Shown here: piece after piece, positions 36,800 to 51,100 of the stretch
Layout of the letters: the number at the start of each line of letters is the position of its first letter
Position numbering within the stretch: position 1 is the stretch's first letter
Source of the DNA: Eledone cirrhosa
Taxonomy: Eukaryota
Reading direction: 5' to 3'
NCBI GenBank assembly: GCA_964016885.1
Contig: OZ024743.1
Location: 144,708,001-144,772,000, forward strand
DNA: 64,000 nucleotides
The notes under the pieces: generated by a model
What the model was told of the DNA's origin: nothing
The model's input: only the letters and a program-made list of their open reading frames with translations
Database searches by the model: none
Program-made: the position numbers and the translations under genes

Positions 36800-37190
36800 T
36801 ATTTCAAAGGTACTGTGTTGTTTTTTTCAGTACGTCTTCATCAGATAAAATATATGATTTGATATATGACATACCGCTACGGTCTTGATTATACAATTCC
36901 AGTATAGGGAGTATTGGCAGGAATTGTATAATCAAGACCGTAGCGGTATGTCATATATCAAATCATATTTTATCTGATGAAGACGTACTGAAAAAAACAA
37001 CACAGTACCTTTGAAATATATATATAATAGAGTATATATTTTGATTATGTGAATATCTTTCATTTGTTAATATTTTGAATAATATTAAAAACTCCAGGAA
37101 AACTTTCTAGTTGAGTGCTTTTAATCTATTGTAAAATTGTATTCTTTGAGTAATCAACGAACCATATTAATTAATCTTTGGTTATATATA
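36800..37190. mobile_element. PLE pLTR-like fold-back element whose left arm continues at 24259-24302 (split by the Helitron)
   Basis: 36800-36900 plus 24259-24302 is the reverse complement of 36920-37064. Confidence 0.88.
36966..37034 (+). ncRNA. Minimal type I hammerhead ribozyme
   Basis: UAUUUUAU-CUGAUGA-AGACGUACUG...CAGUACCUUU-GAAA-UAUAUAUA-UA-AUAGAGUA (two G-U pairs in stem I). Confidence 0.75.
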
Positions 37191-39116
37191 TATTAAGCAG
37201 TCAAACATGTAGATATGAATGTAAGAGAAGGGAGAGAGTTAAGAAAGGAAAATTGTATAAGAATAAGAAGTGTATCTAAGAGAACACTGTAACAAAGGAT
37301 CGTACTCTCTTGCAGATCAGCTAACAATCTAAATGTGAGAGCCACAACACAATCACTTGACGATACCTGCCAGAAATTTGCTGCAAATTATGCCTAAACA
37401 ATTTTGAAGCCTTCAAACAATATTTCCAGATTCCTTTACTACTTGCTGCTTAGATGATCTAATGAAAAATTGTTTCTAACATAGGCACAATGTCACAAAT
37501 TTGGGAGGTGTTAGTTGGTTATACTGATCCCAGTACGTGAATGTTGCATTATTTTATCATCAACAGGTAGATGAAAGATAAAATTGGCATCATCAGAATA
37601 TGAACTCAGAGCAGAGATAGTTGCAAGAAATTTCTCAAAGCAATTTATCTGATGCTCTAATGACTGATAAACAATAGCCTACATTTTTAAAATTAATCAA
37701 TACTTTGAAAGCAATAATTAAATTTAGCAGCACAATTAACATGTACCTTATATATAGCATTTGTCCTAAAAATTTAAAAGAATTTACCTAAGTAAATGGA
37801 ATTTTTATATACAAAGCTATTTACTTGCACAGTAAATATATTGACTTATCAACAGAAGTTATGTAACTCCATATTTTCCTCGACAAAATATACCTTATTT
37901 CACTGTTCATCATCAGATACAATGAATTTCTCCCTTATTTCCTATTAAATTTGAAGAATTTAACTTAATCAAGTTTTACCTAAATGTTCTGTGATAAACA
38001 AACTGGACACTGACAAATGCTTTTACAAATTTCAACTAGTATTTTTCAAAGTAATTGGACTGTGATAAATCAAATTTCAACTTTCAGGAATTATTTTTTT
38101 AGAGGCTTTACACTATTTTTCCATAGTATAGGTTTGATTATGTAAATGTAAACATTAGCACCCAGTCCACCCTGTAGAGTGGTCAAGTTGGTGAAACAAC
38201 AAAAAGCACCCAGTCCACACTGTAAATGTGATTGGCATTAAGAGGGGCATTTAATCGTAGAAACCAAGCCAGAATTAGTTCTGTATAAACAAGATACGGT
38301 CACTGATCTGACTTGTCTCACTGTGGGACAACTTGTCTAACCCATACTAGCGTGGAAAAACGGACATGAACAGTAATGATGCATTTAGGCACCAATAAAG
38401 CAGATACTTCTTTAGTTGTTCAGTTTCCTTTACTAATTTAACTGTGAACTGAGGCAAGTAAAATAATTGTCAGCATACTGACATGTTAACTATTCATAAA
38501 ATTCACCGTAACATTTTCAGTACAAGAGTTGTCAATAAGCAATTTGTCGAAAGTGTGTGAAAAGACAGTATTCATAAATCTGCAATTCTGATGATTATAA
38601 CATTTTAAAAATAAAATTTCAATTATTGATATTTATGATTCTTTTTACAGCCCTGCACAAACATTAATGTACTTAAAAAGTTAATTCATTAAACAAATGA
38701 GTAAATATGGTAAAACATAATATAAAAGCAAAATAAGTGAATGACAGTTCAATTACGGTGAGAAAGGATTACTAACCAACTAAAATTTTACAAACTCCAT
38801 TGTGAATCTTTGAGAAAGAAATTGTGAGTGAATGTGAGAGAGCTATAAAGATGAGGACAGAGTAAATTAAGATTAATGAGTAACTGAAAAACATTTTAAA
38901 AATTCAAAGAGTTATTGCTAATATGAGGAAAGCATGAGAATTAGAAACAACAAAATGTACTTTTCAAATCAATTTTCTCTCTTTTTAATTTATTTAATTT
39001 TAGTTATATTACAAGAAATATTTACACTGTAAAAATTATAATTTTAAATACAGCCAGATGATCAGAAGTAGAAGATAACATTCAGGATTCAAAATTATTT
39101 ACAGGAATCGTCTGGT

Positions 39117-39158
39117 TTATGCAGAGGTTGGTGCACACATTCTTCGGACACTCATTTC
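39117..39158 (-). CDS. MED15: MED15 last coding exon (EMSVRRMCAPTSA*)
   Basis: tttacag acceptor; TAA at 39119-39117. Confidence 0.9.
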   Translation of the reverse strand, partial: EMSVRRMCAPTSA

Positions 39159-42100
39159 CTGTAAAGATACAAAAGAATATTCAAAAAGAGAAAATCAAGA
39201 GACTAATTCATCATCATCGTTTAATATCCATCTTCCATGCTAGCAGGAAAGAAATATGTATTACACACAAACTCAAACAATAGAAAAAGTAAAATGCTCT
39301 AAATTTGGAAATAAAACAATGTTTTGTCTTTGACCATTAATTGGAAAATAACCTTTTGTAAAGATTGTACATATGCCATGTTTCCAGTTTAGAATAGGAA
39401 CACTGTATCCCTGCATGTTATCAGAAACAACTAAAAGGTTTGTTGTCAGGAAGAGCATCCAGCTATAAAACATTGCCTCAAAAAGTCCTGTCAAACTCAC
39501 GCCAGCATGGAAAACTTGACCCAATGATAATGATGATGATAGGTAATACACAGAATAACAATAATTTAGTAGGAGGAGCTAGTCAGTTAAATCAACCTCA
39601 GTACCAGTCAGAAGAAATACCACAAGGCATTTTGTTTGACACTAAGGATTCTGTCAGTCCACTCCCTAGCAATAATACTAACCAAAGTTGTAGCATACTA
39701 CAAAACCCAATGGTTTTATCAATACAGAAGAAATCTTAGAACAATTGCTTAAAAAGAAATAAAGAACATACCCACGTATCTAATAAAGTTGTTACCGAGA
39801 AGTGATCAGGCATTTTCTGTAGACTGGACTGTAGTGCATTTTGTACACCCTGTAGAAAGGGAGTTGCAGCTAGAATATCAGAAACAAAACTTATCATTAA
39901 TGCAATGATTGTTCATTTACTTAATTTTTCCCTCATCATTACTTCTTGCATTAAATATAGTAATACAACTTGCGCTACAATTGAGGTAATTTCTAATTTA
40001 GGCACAAGACCAGCAATTTGTGGGGAAGGGAAATACCATGTGGTGGATTAGTGGAACTATTAGTGTCAGATGAGATGCCTTGCAGCATTTGATCACACTC
40101 TTTGCATTGACCTCAGTACTTGACTGGTACTTTATTTTATCAACCTTGGGAGGATGAAAGGCAAAGCTGACCATGCCAGGTTTGAACTCAGAATGTAAAG
40201 GGTCATAACTAGATGGCTCAAAGCATTTGGTCCAATGCTCTAATGATTCTGCCAAATCACTGCCCTTACCCTGCTTTAAATATGACATCACTGTTTAATA
40301 AATAACCTATACAGTACCTATTTTATATGAATTAGTCAAAGCAGAAGAAAGGTTCAGTAGTCCTCATCACTTCCCAGACTGATTCATGTAGTTTGAGCAT
40401 CTTATGGGTGAGGAGAGAATTCAAATGGCTACTGTTCTAGTGCAGAAAGGATTAAGCAAAATGTTTAGCATGGAATCTTTTAGGTGATTTGTAGCAGTAG
40501 TGATGATTGAAGAAAAGATGTATGTGTAAGGCAGAGCAAGTTGGAGGGGACATGCAGCTACCTAGTTCAAAAGAATAAATTGCATTCAAAAAGTGGTAGA
40601 AGAAGCAGAGAGAAGAAACTACTGTGTTTCTTGACCAAGGCTGTGAAAAATTTTCTTCTTTTTTGTTTTATTTGTCTAGTGTTGCAGAAACTGGCTGTGC
40701 CCATAGCTTTTTAAGCTCTCTAAGATTTGTGATGTTCTTCAGGAATAACTGCAAGATGAGGGCTGCAGGAAAAATATAAGGGTTGGAATTCCAAAAGACT
40801 GATGTTTTAGGAACCAAGGACTGTGGGGTGTTTTGCTTTTATTTAAGATTAGCTTTATTAAAATGGGACTTATTACCATCTTCAAAAGGGGTTGAAGAAG
40901 TAAAAAATGGTGGGCTTAAAAACGATGAAACACTTAACTACTATACTAAAGATTCATCAAGCACCTTATAACCTGCCCCTTAACCTACATTAATTGGTTG
41001 TAGTTAATCTGCTGCTTATTTTATGGATACCTGCAAGACAAAAAGTCAAATTCATCTGGATGATGAATTTATGCACAAAACTGTAGGGCTAACAATTATT
41101 ACCAGTATATATCAAATTCAGAAACACAATTATTTCTACATTTACTCTATACAAAGTTCTAGAAAAGTAATTTGTCAAATGTTTATACAAGTTGAAATAA
41201 ACAGATAAATAATATACTGACTATAATCTTCTGCATTGCTGTCACACTGTGGACTGGTTGAAGGATAGTCTTCAGGTACCACAATCAATATAGGAGGCAC
41301 ACTTGGCAGATTCTTATCATCTGGAAAGTGGGAGGATAAAAAAAAATCTTGTAGATTATATTGAAAATAACGATTCAGAATCATTACAAAACTAAAGGAC
41401 AAGTAAATTTGTTATACATGTTATATCATCTAACGCATGCTGGCATGGAAAATTGAAATTAACCTGTTAGCATTTAAACCAGACATATCTGGCCAGAATT
41501 CTCTCACCCCTTTCTATTCAAACCGTCTGTAACCCACCACTCATACTGATGTTAAGGTATTGTTCTCAAAATAAACAACATCAAAATCTCATAGATTCCA
41601 TATTATGTGAAATAATTATGTGAGGTAAAGACTTTATCATGAAAATATAATAGTAAATATAGAGTAAATGCTAAAGGATTAAACGGTGATGAAGTTGACT
41701 GACACAAATAAAAAGAAGTTGTGAATCTATGACTCTCCCAAAGTATTTGAAGATACAAATGAAATAACATCAATTGAAAACTGAAACCACGATAGCAGCA
41801 ATTTACAAAAAATTAACCATAACATAATATCTTATATTGGCATTATGTCACACATTCAGGGAAGAGTTATGTTCAATTAAATTAAACAAAGTAGATGACT
41901 GATTTTTATCTCATTGACCCAGTATGGGTGAAAGGTAAAGTTGACCTGAAGTTTTCAAATTTAAAATAAAGTACCAAACATTGCAAACAATAAACCATCA
42001 AATATGACTCCCTACTGACTATATAATGACCAAAACTTTAAATATACCCATCCTCTTCTTTTCCCACTTATTCCTGGGAGAATCTTGGGGTCAGTCTTCC

Positions 42101-45100
42101 AGCGTATCCTAAAAAAAGTAACTGTCTCCAACTGATCCGGCTGGATCCCCAAGTAAGATCAGCCGAGCTCATAGATGTTATCCAACCATCTTGCTTAGGA
42201 TTTACCCCGAGGTCAACTGCTTGTTGGTTTTGACCATAAAATTAGTCCAGTGATTCTTTCCTGTGACATTCTAACCACATGTCTGTAATATCGGAGATGT
42301 GATCTCTCAATTCAGAGAAGTAGTGACTACCTAGAGTCACTCTGATCTTCAAGCTACGCACTCTATCAAGTAGTGTTACACCAAAGACCCTTTGGAGGAA
42401 CTCCATTTCAGCCACTTGTATTTGCAATTGTATTCTTTCAGTTATTATCCAAAATTCAATGACCATAGGTAAAGGTTGGCATGAATTGAAGATGGTCAGT
42501 TTGGCTTTTACACCTACTTCCCTTCTGATTACCAAATGTTGAAGCTGGTGCATTACTGCACTAGCTCCTGCAATTCTTCAACTTAATTCAACCTCCTGTT
42601 TGCCATCACTTATGAATATGGCCTCAAGATACTTGAACTTCTCTACCTGCTTCATTGGAATTCCACTCATGTAGAGTGTACTGCACAGGTTTCCTTGAGA
42701 GTATGAGTGCCTCAGTTTTCAAAGCACTGAGTTTTATTCCTGCCATGCAGCAAACCTATCAAGTGCAAGTTGAAGATCACCTTCTGCCAAGTTCAGTATA
42801 CCCATCCTCAATTCTAAAAATGGCTAAACATAGATTCACAAAGAAAGAGAACCAGAAAATTGTGATGTGTGTGTGTGTGTGTGGGTGGGTGGGGTTCCAA
42901 ACTCCTCAATGGCAATAGTGAAATCAAAATGTCTGAATTGGGGATCAAAACCAGAATACAAATTACTTCTTGACAGCATCTACAATAACTACATAATTCT
43001 AGACTTCACTAATTCTTACATTTCTTTCTCTAGCATTCAATATTTCCAATCTCTACATTCAACTTTCATAATGCCCAAAATATAACAACACTAGATGACT
43101 TCAACAAAGAAAATGAGATACCAGCTTAAGTACTTAAGGCAATCAGAAAACCCTTTCAGTGTCCCCCACTATCCCCTAAACACTCCCTTAGTTAACATTT
43201 ACAAACATTGGTTGTTTAACTGTCTTTCCAGATACCAATATTAAATTAAATCGAACAGAACCCCACCTCCTCCAACATTTATGACCTAAAAAGCATGTCA
43301 CAAAGTTGTCTCATCACCTACGTTATTTGACTTGCACATATATATATATATATAACACAATTTCTCACAATGCAATTGGAACCTCCAACCTCAATCATCC
43401 CAGACAAAAATGTACATCAACTTCAACAATATTTTACAAATTTGAAACATGATTCTTCAAAAATAGATTAAGGGTAGCCATAATAAATCCATCCACTTAC
43501 TAGCAATGTATCAAAGCATCATCATATACTTCATGATCAACAAAATATCTTACAAACTAATTACCAAAACCTTAGAAATTCGTTGTTTCAAGCAATGGCT
43601 GTCAACTTAACAATTAAGGCAAAATGAATAAATAAACTGCACTCACTAGCATAACATTCAGGAAACAACAATGTTACTATTCAAACAACCAAAAAATGCC
43701 AAAAAATTGTCAAAAAATTTCAAGATGGCTACCATTATGACTTGCTGTGCTTCTATGCACTACCAGCAGAGTGAAACAAAATATTCTGAAAGATCATTTA
43801 AACTTGAAGGGTATACTGTTTAAAGTTGCAGTCTTCTCTAACAAATGTTCACATAAATACATAATTTACTACTGTACAATATTCAGCTGTTTAAAAATAC
43901 TATTTATTCCATGTGATTTAAAAACACACAGAAATACAGACAGCAAAACACTTACATTTATTGTTATACTAGACCCAATTTCTGTGTTTGGTTACCTATC
44001 AGCCAACCATTTGAGTGACTGTGAAGGAATCAAAATTATCACATTATTCAAGTTCACTTTGCCTGTAGTCACCAAATCTTCCAATCCTATAAGAAGACTT
44101 GTTGGCAAAATACATGCAATATACCCTGGCCGCTACACTGCAACACACTGTCAACTACTCTATGTTAAATGTACAGTATGGCTTCTGGAGCAGTCTAAAA
44201 AATGACATATATAGAGTAGATATTATAATCATTTGATTGGTTAACTCTGCACCATATATCTCATAAATGCTACTCACCAACAATAAACACACAACAAAAA
44301 CAATAATATCAATAGAAAAGGGAAAAAAGTAATCCTTACCTAATTTACAAATAAGATGGACAGTTTTGGAGCTAATATGGTGTGCAGGATCTAGGCTTAT
44401 ACGGAACCGATGTGGTAGTCGAGCAATTTCACCTTGTAGAATATTAGACAGTTTATCTTTCTCATTGGAAACTTTTGGTTTCTTGATAGGAGGTGGACTG
44501 GGAACCCTGAAATGATGAAAAAGGAGTGAGGTTCCACCCCAATATACTTAACCTCTCCAACATTTGTAGTTAGATAGAGAGTAAAAAAACAAAATGGTTC
44601 TGTGCCTCTCTCTCCTCGTCCTTCTCTATCACACACTCAGAAATGATTAGTTATGGAAGTATAAGGATCCCACATGACATGTATAAGGAGCTCCATGCAG
44701 GTGAGATCAATAGAACATGTATAAAGAGCCCCAGGCAGGTGAGATCAATACAATTTATGTTCAGTTTTAACTACTGTAGGTGAATAACTATACGAAAAAT
44801 GTGGGCATGAAAATGTGGGAATTCTAGAGGATTGCTGCTCTGGGGAAGAGGAATTGGACAAAATATTGAGTGCATCAGACAAGTATGGATAGCAGCAGCA
44901 GGGGTCTTGCTAATTAAAAAGAGCATAACGCTTGTTTGTTTCTCAAATATAAAAGAAAAGCATCACTTACCGAATAGGCTGACCACGAAGTGCTGCAATA
45001 GCTGGTCCAAAGGTACGGTGAAGCGTATGATTTAACATTGGAGACTTCATGTGTGCAGCAATAGAATCAAGTAAGGGTTGACACATATGTTGTTCTCCAT

Positions 45101-48100
45101 TCTTGGAGCCAGATCCACTGCCATCGCCGGAAGATGGCTAAAAAGAAATCCATAATAAAAATTAAAAAAATAATTCATTTAACTCCCGTACTAGTTAGTG
45201 GTATGGGTGTTGGGCTCATGTTTGGAAGGTTATGGGTTTGATTCCTTGAATAGGTGGCATGTTTTACCGTTGAGCAAGAGACTTCAGTAGTAACTGGGGG
45301 TTAATCTTGAGGCAAATTGGGATCCCTCTTGTCTAGAGAGGAGCCAAGTACTCTCAGTCAAATCCAGATTAAACTCTGACCTGACTGGCTTTTAGATTTA
45401 GTAAATACATGAACTTTAACTTTAGATATATTTATTTAATGACAAAACATTTAAAAGTTTATTTAAGATTTAAGTAAATATTTTAGTTCAGATATATCCC
45501 ATTTATAAAAATAAGGTGCTCTATCAAACCAATGGGAATTTTCATGGGAAAATGCAACATTGGTCTCCCGTGACCTTCCTCTGGGTGTTCTTTTAAAAGA
45601 TAACATTTTGTCAAATACACTCAATTCTGAGAGAGATAGGCGAGGAGAGAAGAACTGACCCAGTACTTGATTGGTATTTTACTTATTGACCATGAAAGGA
45701 TAAAAGGTAAAGTTGATTTCACCAGATTTCAACTTGTGCAGAGAACAGAAACAACTCTAGCAAATCATTTTATTTAATGTTTGTTTTCCATGCTGGCATG
45801 GGTTGGTCAGGTTGGCACAGTCTAAGACTAGATGAGTCAGGGGACGACATTTTGTTCATATGCTCTATCTTTGATATGCTTTCTATAGTTGGATGCCCTT
45901 CCAAACACCAGCCACTTTAGAAAGTGCATTGGATGCATTTTTCCATGGCACCAGTACTACCACCTTAGAGTGCATTTTATCATTACACCAACACTACAAT
46001 TTACAGAGTATACATAGCAGCGTGATGGCTCAGCTCAAAAAAGGATTGCAGTGGTGGTGAGTAGAGTAGGAGTAAAATTAACTAATTAATAATTTTAGAT
46101 CATTAGAGAGTGTCACTGCATCTCATCTAAGCTTTAATGATAGGGTCCAGAGTTCTATCATGAAAAGCAACCTAAAATGAAACATCCTGCTCAAGAAAAC
46201 AACACACCATCCAAACTAGGAATTGAACCTACAATCTTATGATTGTGCGTCCAATACCATAATAGCAAGGCCACATGCCTTCACAAACAGTGAGTTTAAT
46301 TCTAATACTTTCTTGCATACGGAAATAAATATATGAAATATCAATTCATTTCAAACTTACAGGCTTTGATAGTTCCATTTTCAATAAGACTTGTTCACAT
46401 TTCAACAAGGTGGCCATCGGAAGACTGCAATAACAAACAATAGTAATATGAAACTATTTTCTACAAGAACCTTCACAGGAAAAAAATTACAAAGAAGTAA
46501 AAGACATACCGTTTTGAAGGATCAGACAAAATTTCCAGAAGATTCTTCATTTTATGAGATTGGTCTTTTTTATTATCTGAGAAAGAAAGATAGCTGATAT
46601 AGCAACATAATAAAATTACACAACAGAAAGATAGAAGAGAAAGAGAGAGAATGTGTGATGTCTTTGATGTGTTGCATGGCTAGAGCAAGGATGAATTTGT
46701 AACCAGAAATGTATTTCCAATTTTATCAAGAAACTAGCTATAATGTAACTATTACATTTCAGAGACAAAATTATGTTGTAATATGTCATCAACAATTTAC
46801 CTATTTTCATAACATTTAAATACCATGTATGCTTATATAAAGTTGAATATTTTAAGCTATTTTTTAGGTAAAATTTATGGGGTCAACTATTGTATGGATA
46901 CTACTTTCAAGGGGCTAAAATTTATGGCATAATTCGAAATACTGTATCAGTAAGTAAAAGCCTAAATGATTTAAAAAAAAAAAAATGAATTACATTAATA
47001 ATGCCAATGTTTTCACACATCAAAATCCACTTGATACAACAACATAAATAAGGTCACATAGTTCTTATAGATATTTCCATTTGCGTACATCAAAACATAA
47101 CACAGTAGAAAAATTCATTTCCATATCGTAACATTTATGTCCAGCATAGAATATTGATTCGCAAATATTAATCAGTTGTCTTTGAACAAGGGATAACTTC
47201 TAGATGAGATACAAGGAAATATCCAATTTTGCAGGGTAAAAAACAGAGGGTACACTTTTACACAAGTATATATGGTAGATTATTCTCTTATTTTGAAGCT
47301 TAGTTCAATGAAACTTTATATCCGAGCAGATTAATATAAACAGAGCAATAAAATTGCCTAGAGCACAGCATAATGGAGACAGTAAAATACAAAATAATAA
47401 CTTTATAGTTAATTCCAAAACACTTTAATTTCTGTTACTGAAATTTCCCATGTATCTAATACCAGTCTAAATCAAGTCACCAAAGAAGCCTCTGTACAGT
47501 TGTTTTATCAGCTAAAAATGCCAGTGAAATCTTTAGATCACAAGGACACATTAGGAAATGATACACAAAAATATGTGAAAGTTATTGTAGGAACAACTTT
47601 GACGATAGGACTGCTTGGCCAGAATTATACAATGACACTAACAAGCCTAAATTTCCTAACAAATCTTCCTCCTTTTTCTTTATATATCCATACCATTTCA
47701 ACCATTACCCACTTGCCTTTTCTACAGACTGAGACTACTTTTAAGATTCATAACTATTGCAAAATAGTACCTATAGTACTAGTATAAAAGGTAAGTTTAT
47801 AAAATGTATTATTTAGAGTATATTATATTGAAAATATTTATATGAAAGTGGATACAGATTGAGGAAAATGGACGAAGATCTTAATGAAAGTTGACAAAGT
47901 TTTAAAGGATATATACAATGATTTGGGAGAAAAAATATTGACACAAATTTCACCTTCTTCAGTTTCTGTTTTACGAATCATTCTTCGCAATGGATCAATA
48001 AATTTAGATAATTGTTTTAATTTTTCTAAATAAGCTTGGTCTTCAGATGGACTAGCTGTGGTGCCAACAGAACCAGGATTACCTATAATCAAACACAAAA

Positions 48101-51100
48101 AGTTTTGAATGACAGTTTGAAATTAATAAAATAGCAGCTTCAAGCAATTTCACTTAAGAAAGAAAACTTCAGAAAAAGCAAAAAAAAAAAAAAGAAAAGA
48201 AAAAGAAAAGAAAAGAAAAGAAAAGAAAAGAAAAAAGTGGAATCTCTCACCAGGTGTATTCAAAGCACTTCCGGGTGATGGAGCACCCATAGCAGCATTG
48301 CGAGATACTGGGGATGGGACAATATGAGTATTTGGTGAGGGTGCAGCCAAATTAGCAGGTGAATGGACCATATGGGAACTAGAAGTACAAATAGGAAAAG
48401 AAGGATAAAAATAATTCTGCCTAAAACTAAGTATTTTTCTTTTATGAGGCAGAGCTTTTCATCATCAAATTCTGAATCTTTGGAATAATTTGTATCACCT
48501 TTTTGGCTAAAAACTAAGTTAATTCCACCCAGAACTTCCTTCAATTACAGTTGAGCCATTTGGTATCTACTTGCCTTTTTAGAACCCTGTGGAATATAGG
48601 GCATCAACATATGCCTTCCAGAGCAATCCTTTTTAACAGTTTCCAGTTCAGTACATCTTGTTCTCCTGAAAGTTGCTAAGATATAATTTTTATCCTGCTG
48701 GTTCCTAGGAAATTAGGGTTCTCTGTGCAACATTACTCAGCAATGTGTGTTACTTCTGTGTAAGGGACATCATCCTTTCCATGACCTGGTATCAGAGTTT
48801 GCTCCAACCTCACTTGAGTCCCCATATCAAAGAGCCTCTATTACTCAAGAAGTGAATTTGTTTTTCTTTTTACTCATGTTTAAAGAATAAAAAATGTTTT
48901 TAAACAGCAGGCTACTAACCCTATGACCAACCAGATTTGAAGGGCCAGACCTGTGATAAGCAACCTTTTACTGTATTATACACACAGGTATCTCCAGGAG
49001 TCATCTATTGTAATTCCAGAAAAATTATAAAATAATGTAATTGATTAATATTGTTTTTTTACTCCCCACATAATCATTTTTATTTCACATTTTTAATGCC
49101 CCATCCCTGCCCACTGCATTAAATATGTTAACTAACAACTAGCGTAAGTTTGGGTTGAATTTCAAGATATGAAAACTATGAGGAGGTAAAACAATAACTA
49201 ATAACAGCTGACATAATTTTTGTTTAACATCTGTTGTGTGCATAGTTTACCAAGTTCTTAGATGTACCTGGCATTACACAAAAACACACACCTTAGGGCT
49301 TAGGGATTTATAGATTTTTAAACCAGAGCTAAATCTTCATGATAAATGGTGAGAGAACCAATTTAATGTTGATGATAAAAATAAAAGTACAAAACATTTT
49401 TGCAATCAAATTAATTTACCTAGGTTATTTTAATGATATCAAACTTGATAAAACTTCCCTGGTAGAACAGAGAAAGAAGGATCAAATTTTGCAAAAAGTT
49501 TAATGAAATTAAACATCATGAAGTAAAATGGTCTTCTAAAAAAAAAAAAAAAGGACATTGTTAGTTTTCCACTTCTTTCTTTATACTAGCAATAATGAAG
49601 GAATTTGTAAATTTAGACATCTAATTAGTGCAGCCCACTTTTAAGGCAACATACCCTTCCTTCTAATCCACTAACCACTCAACTGAAATAAGCATGATAC
49701 AAGCAAACAAAATAATGTTCTTTTTCTCAGAAGGTAAAAACAAAAAAAGATTACATCAGGGCGTTAATACAAACCTTTGAGTAGCAGGTGAATGAGCAGT
49801 ATTTAACTGTGAAACATTACTAGTCGGCTGTACTTGACTTGGGCTCTACAAAACACAAAATACATTTCTATTCATAATAATTTAAAACAAATGATCAGAG
49901 CCCCTAGCCCCTATAGTTTTGACGGACATTATGAAAAAGCAAAAGGAATAAATGAGAATGGTGTAATTAGTAAGAAGATTGAAATGTTGAACAGTGTATT
50001 ATGGGAACATATGAAATAGGAAGAAGTTCCTTACAGCAAAACCTTTGGAATAACAGACAGTGTAATGTTAATGCAATGTTTGGGGAGACAGAGATGTTGT
50101 TGAGCCAACATGACTGTAGTGACCTACATTCCGCGGGCTCACATACATTCTCTGTGCGTGATTTGGCTCAGTTCAGCCAATCAGCGCCAGTAGAAGAGGA
50201 TGTATCCCTACGCGCCCTGGGAAAGAAATTCCCCGCGAAGATTTGAAGAATCTTCCTCTGGTACCGGAAACTTCAAGCCAGCAACACGCATAATGTAACG
50301 GTGAGATATTGCACCCTAGCCTCGCCGGCTTAACGGCGCAATGGCACATTCCCTTTTGTAACCTCTTTTTATCTGTAACTTCAACCATATAAGTTAACAA
50401 ACATTGTTTGTGCTACATCAAAAATAAACATACATTTCATCTCTAATTACTGCTGTTGAAATCATTATTATGTTACTCGTGTCTCAATAACATCTATAAT
50501 CCATGCTGCTGGAATTGGCGACCTGACGAAAGGAATATTGTAAATAGATCGAGGGACCTTCCCTCACGTCTATGTCAACAAGATAATCCAACGAGGATAC
50601 TATCACTTACCACACTGGCAACTAAAGACATTCAATCATCAACACTACTAAAGTGGTGACCGACGTAAGAATTTAACGCAGCCCTTCTTTTTCATTCAGT
50701 TGAACTTTTATTGCCACGTTGCTGGCCTTTTTCGCAACTTGCGAAGATACAATATATTCCTTTCAAAGTTTTTTTTTTGAAAAATTAGCAGTATTTCAAA
50801 AAATTTCAAGATGGCTACCAACAACAACGACAGCAGCAGCGACAGCGTTGTTTAACCACTGACCAATACAGGGAACAGTGAGTGGCAGCTTCATAGCCTT
50901 ACCGACGCCAACCACTACACATCGGAAATTTCAAAACGGCTTGTAACTTTACCGACGCAACCACCATACCTTCTGTCTCGTTACCACAGGGACTCGAGAA
51001 ATTGAGACAGTAGTTTTCTCACCATTATGGCGTCAGACGTGGCTGCCATGTTTGGTGACTGCTACTCTACAGAAGATTCTTTGACTTTACTTTAACAATA

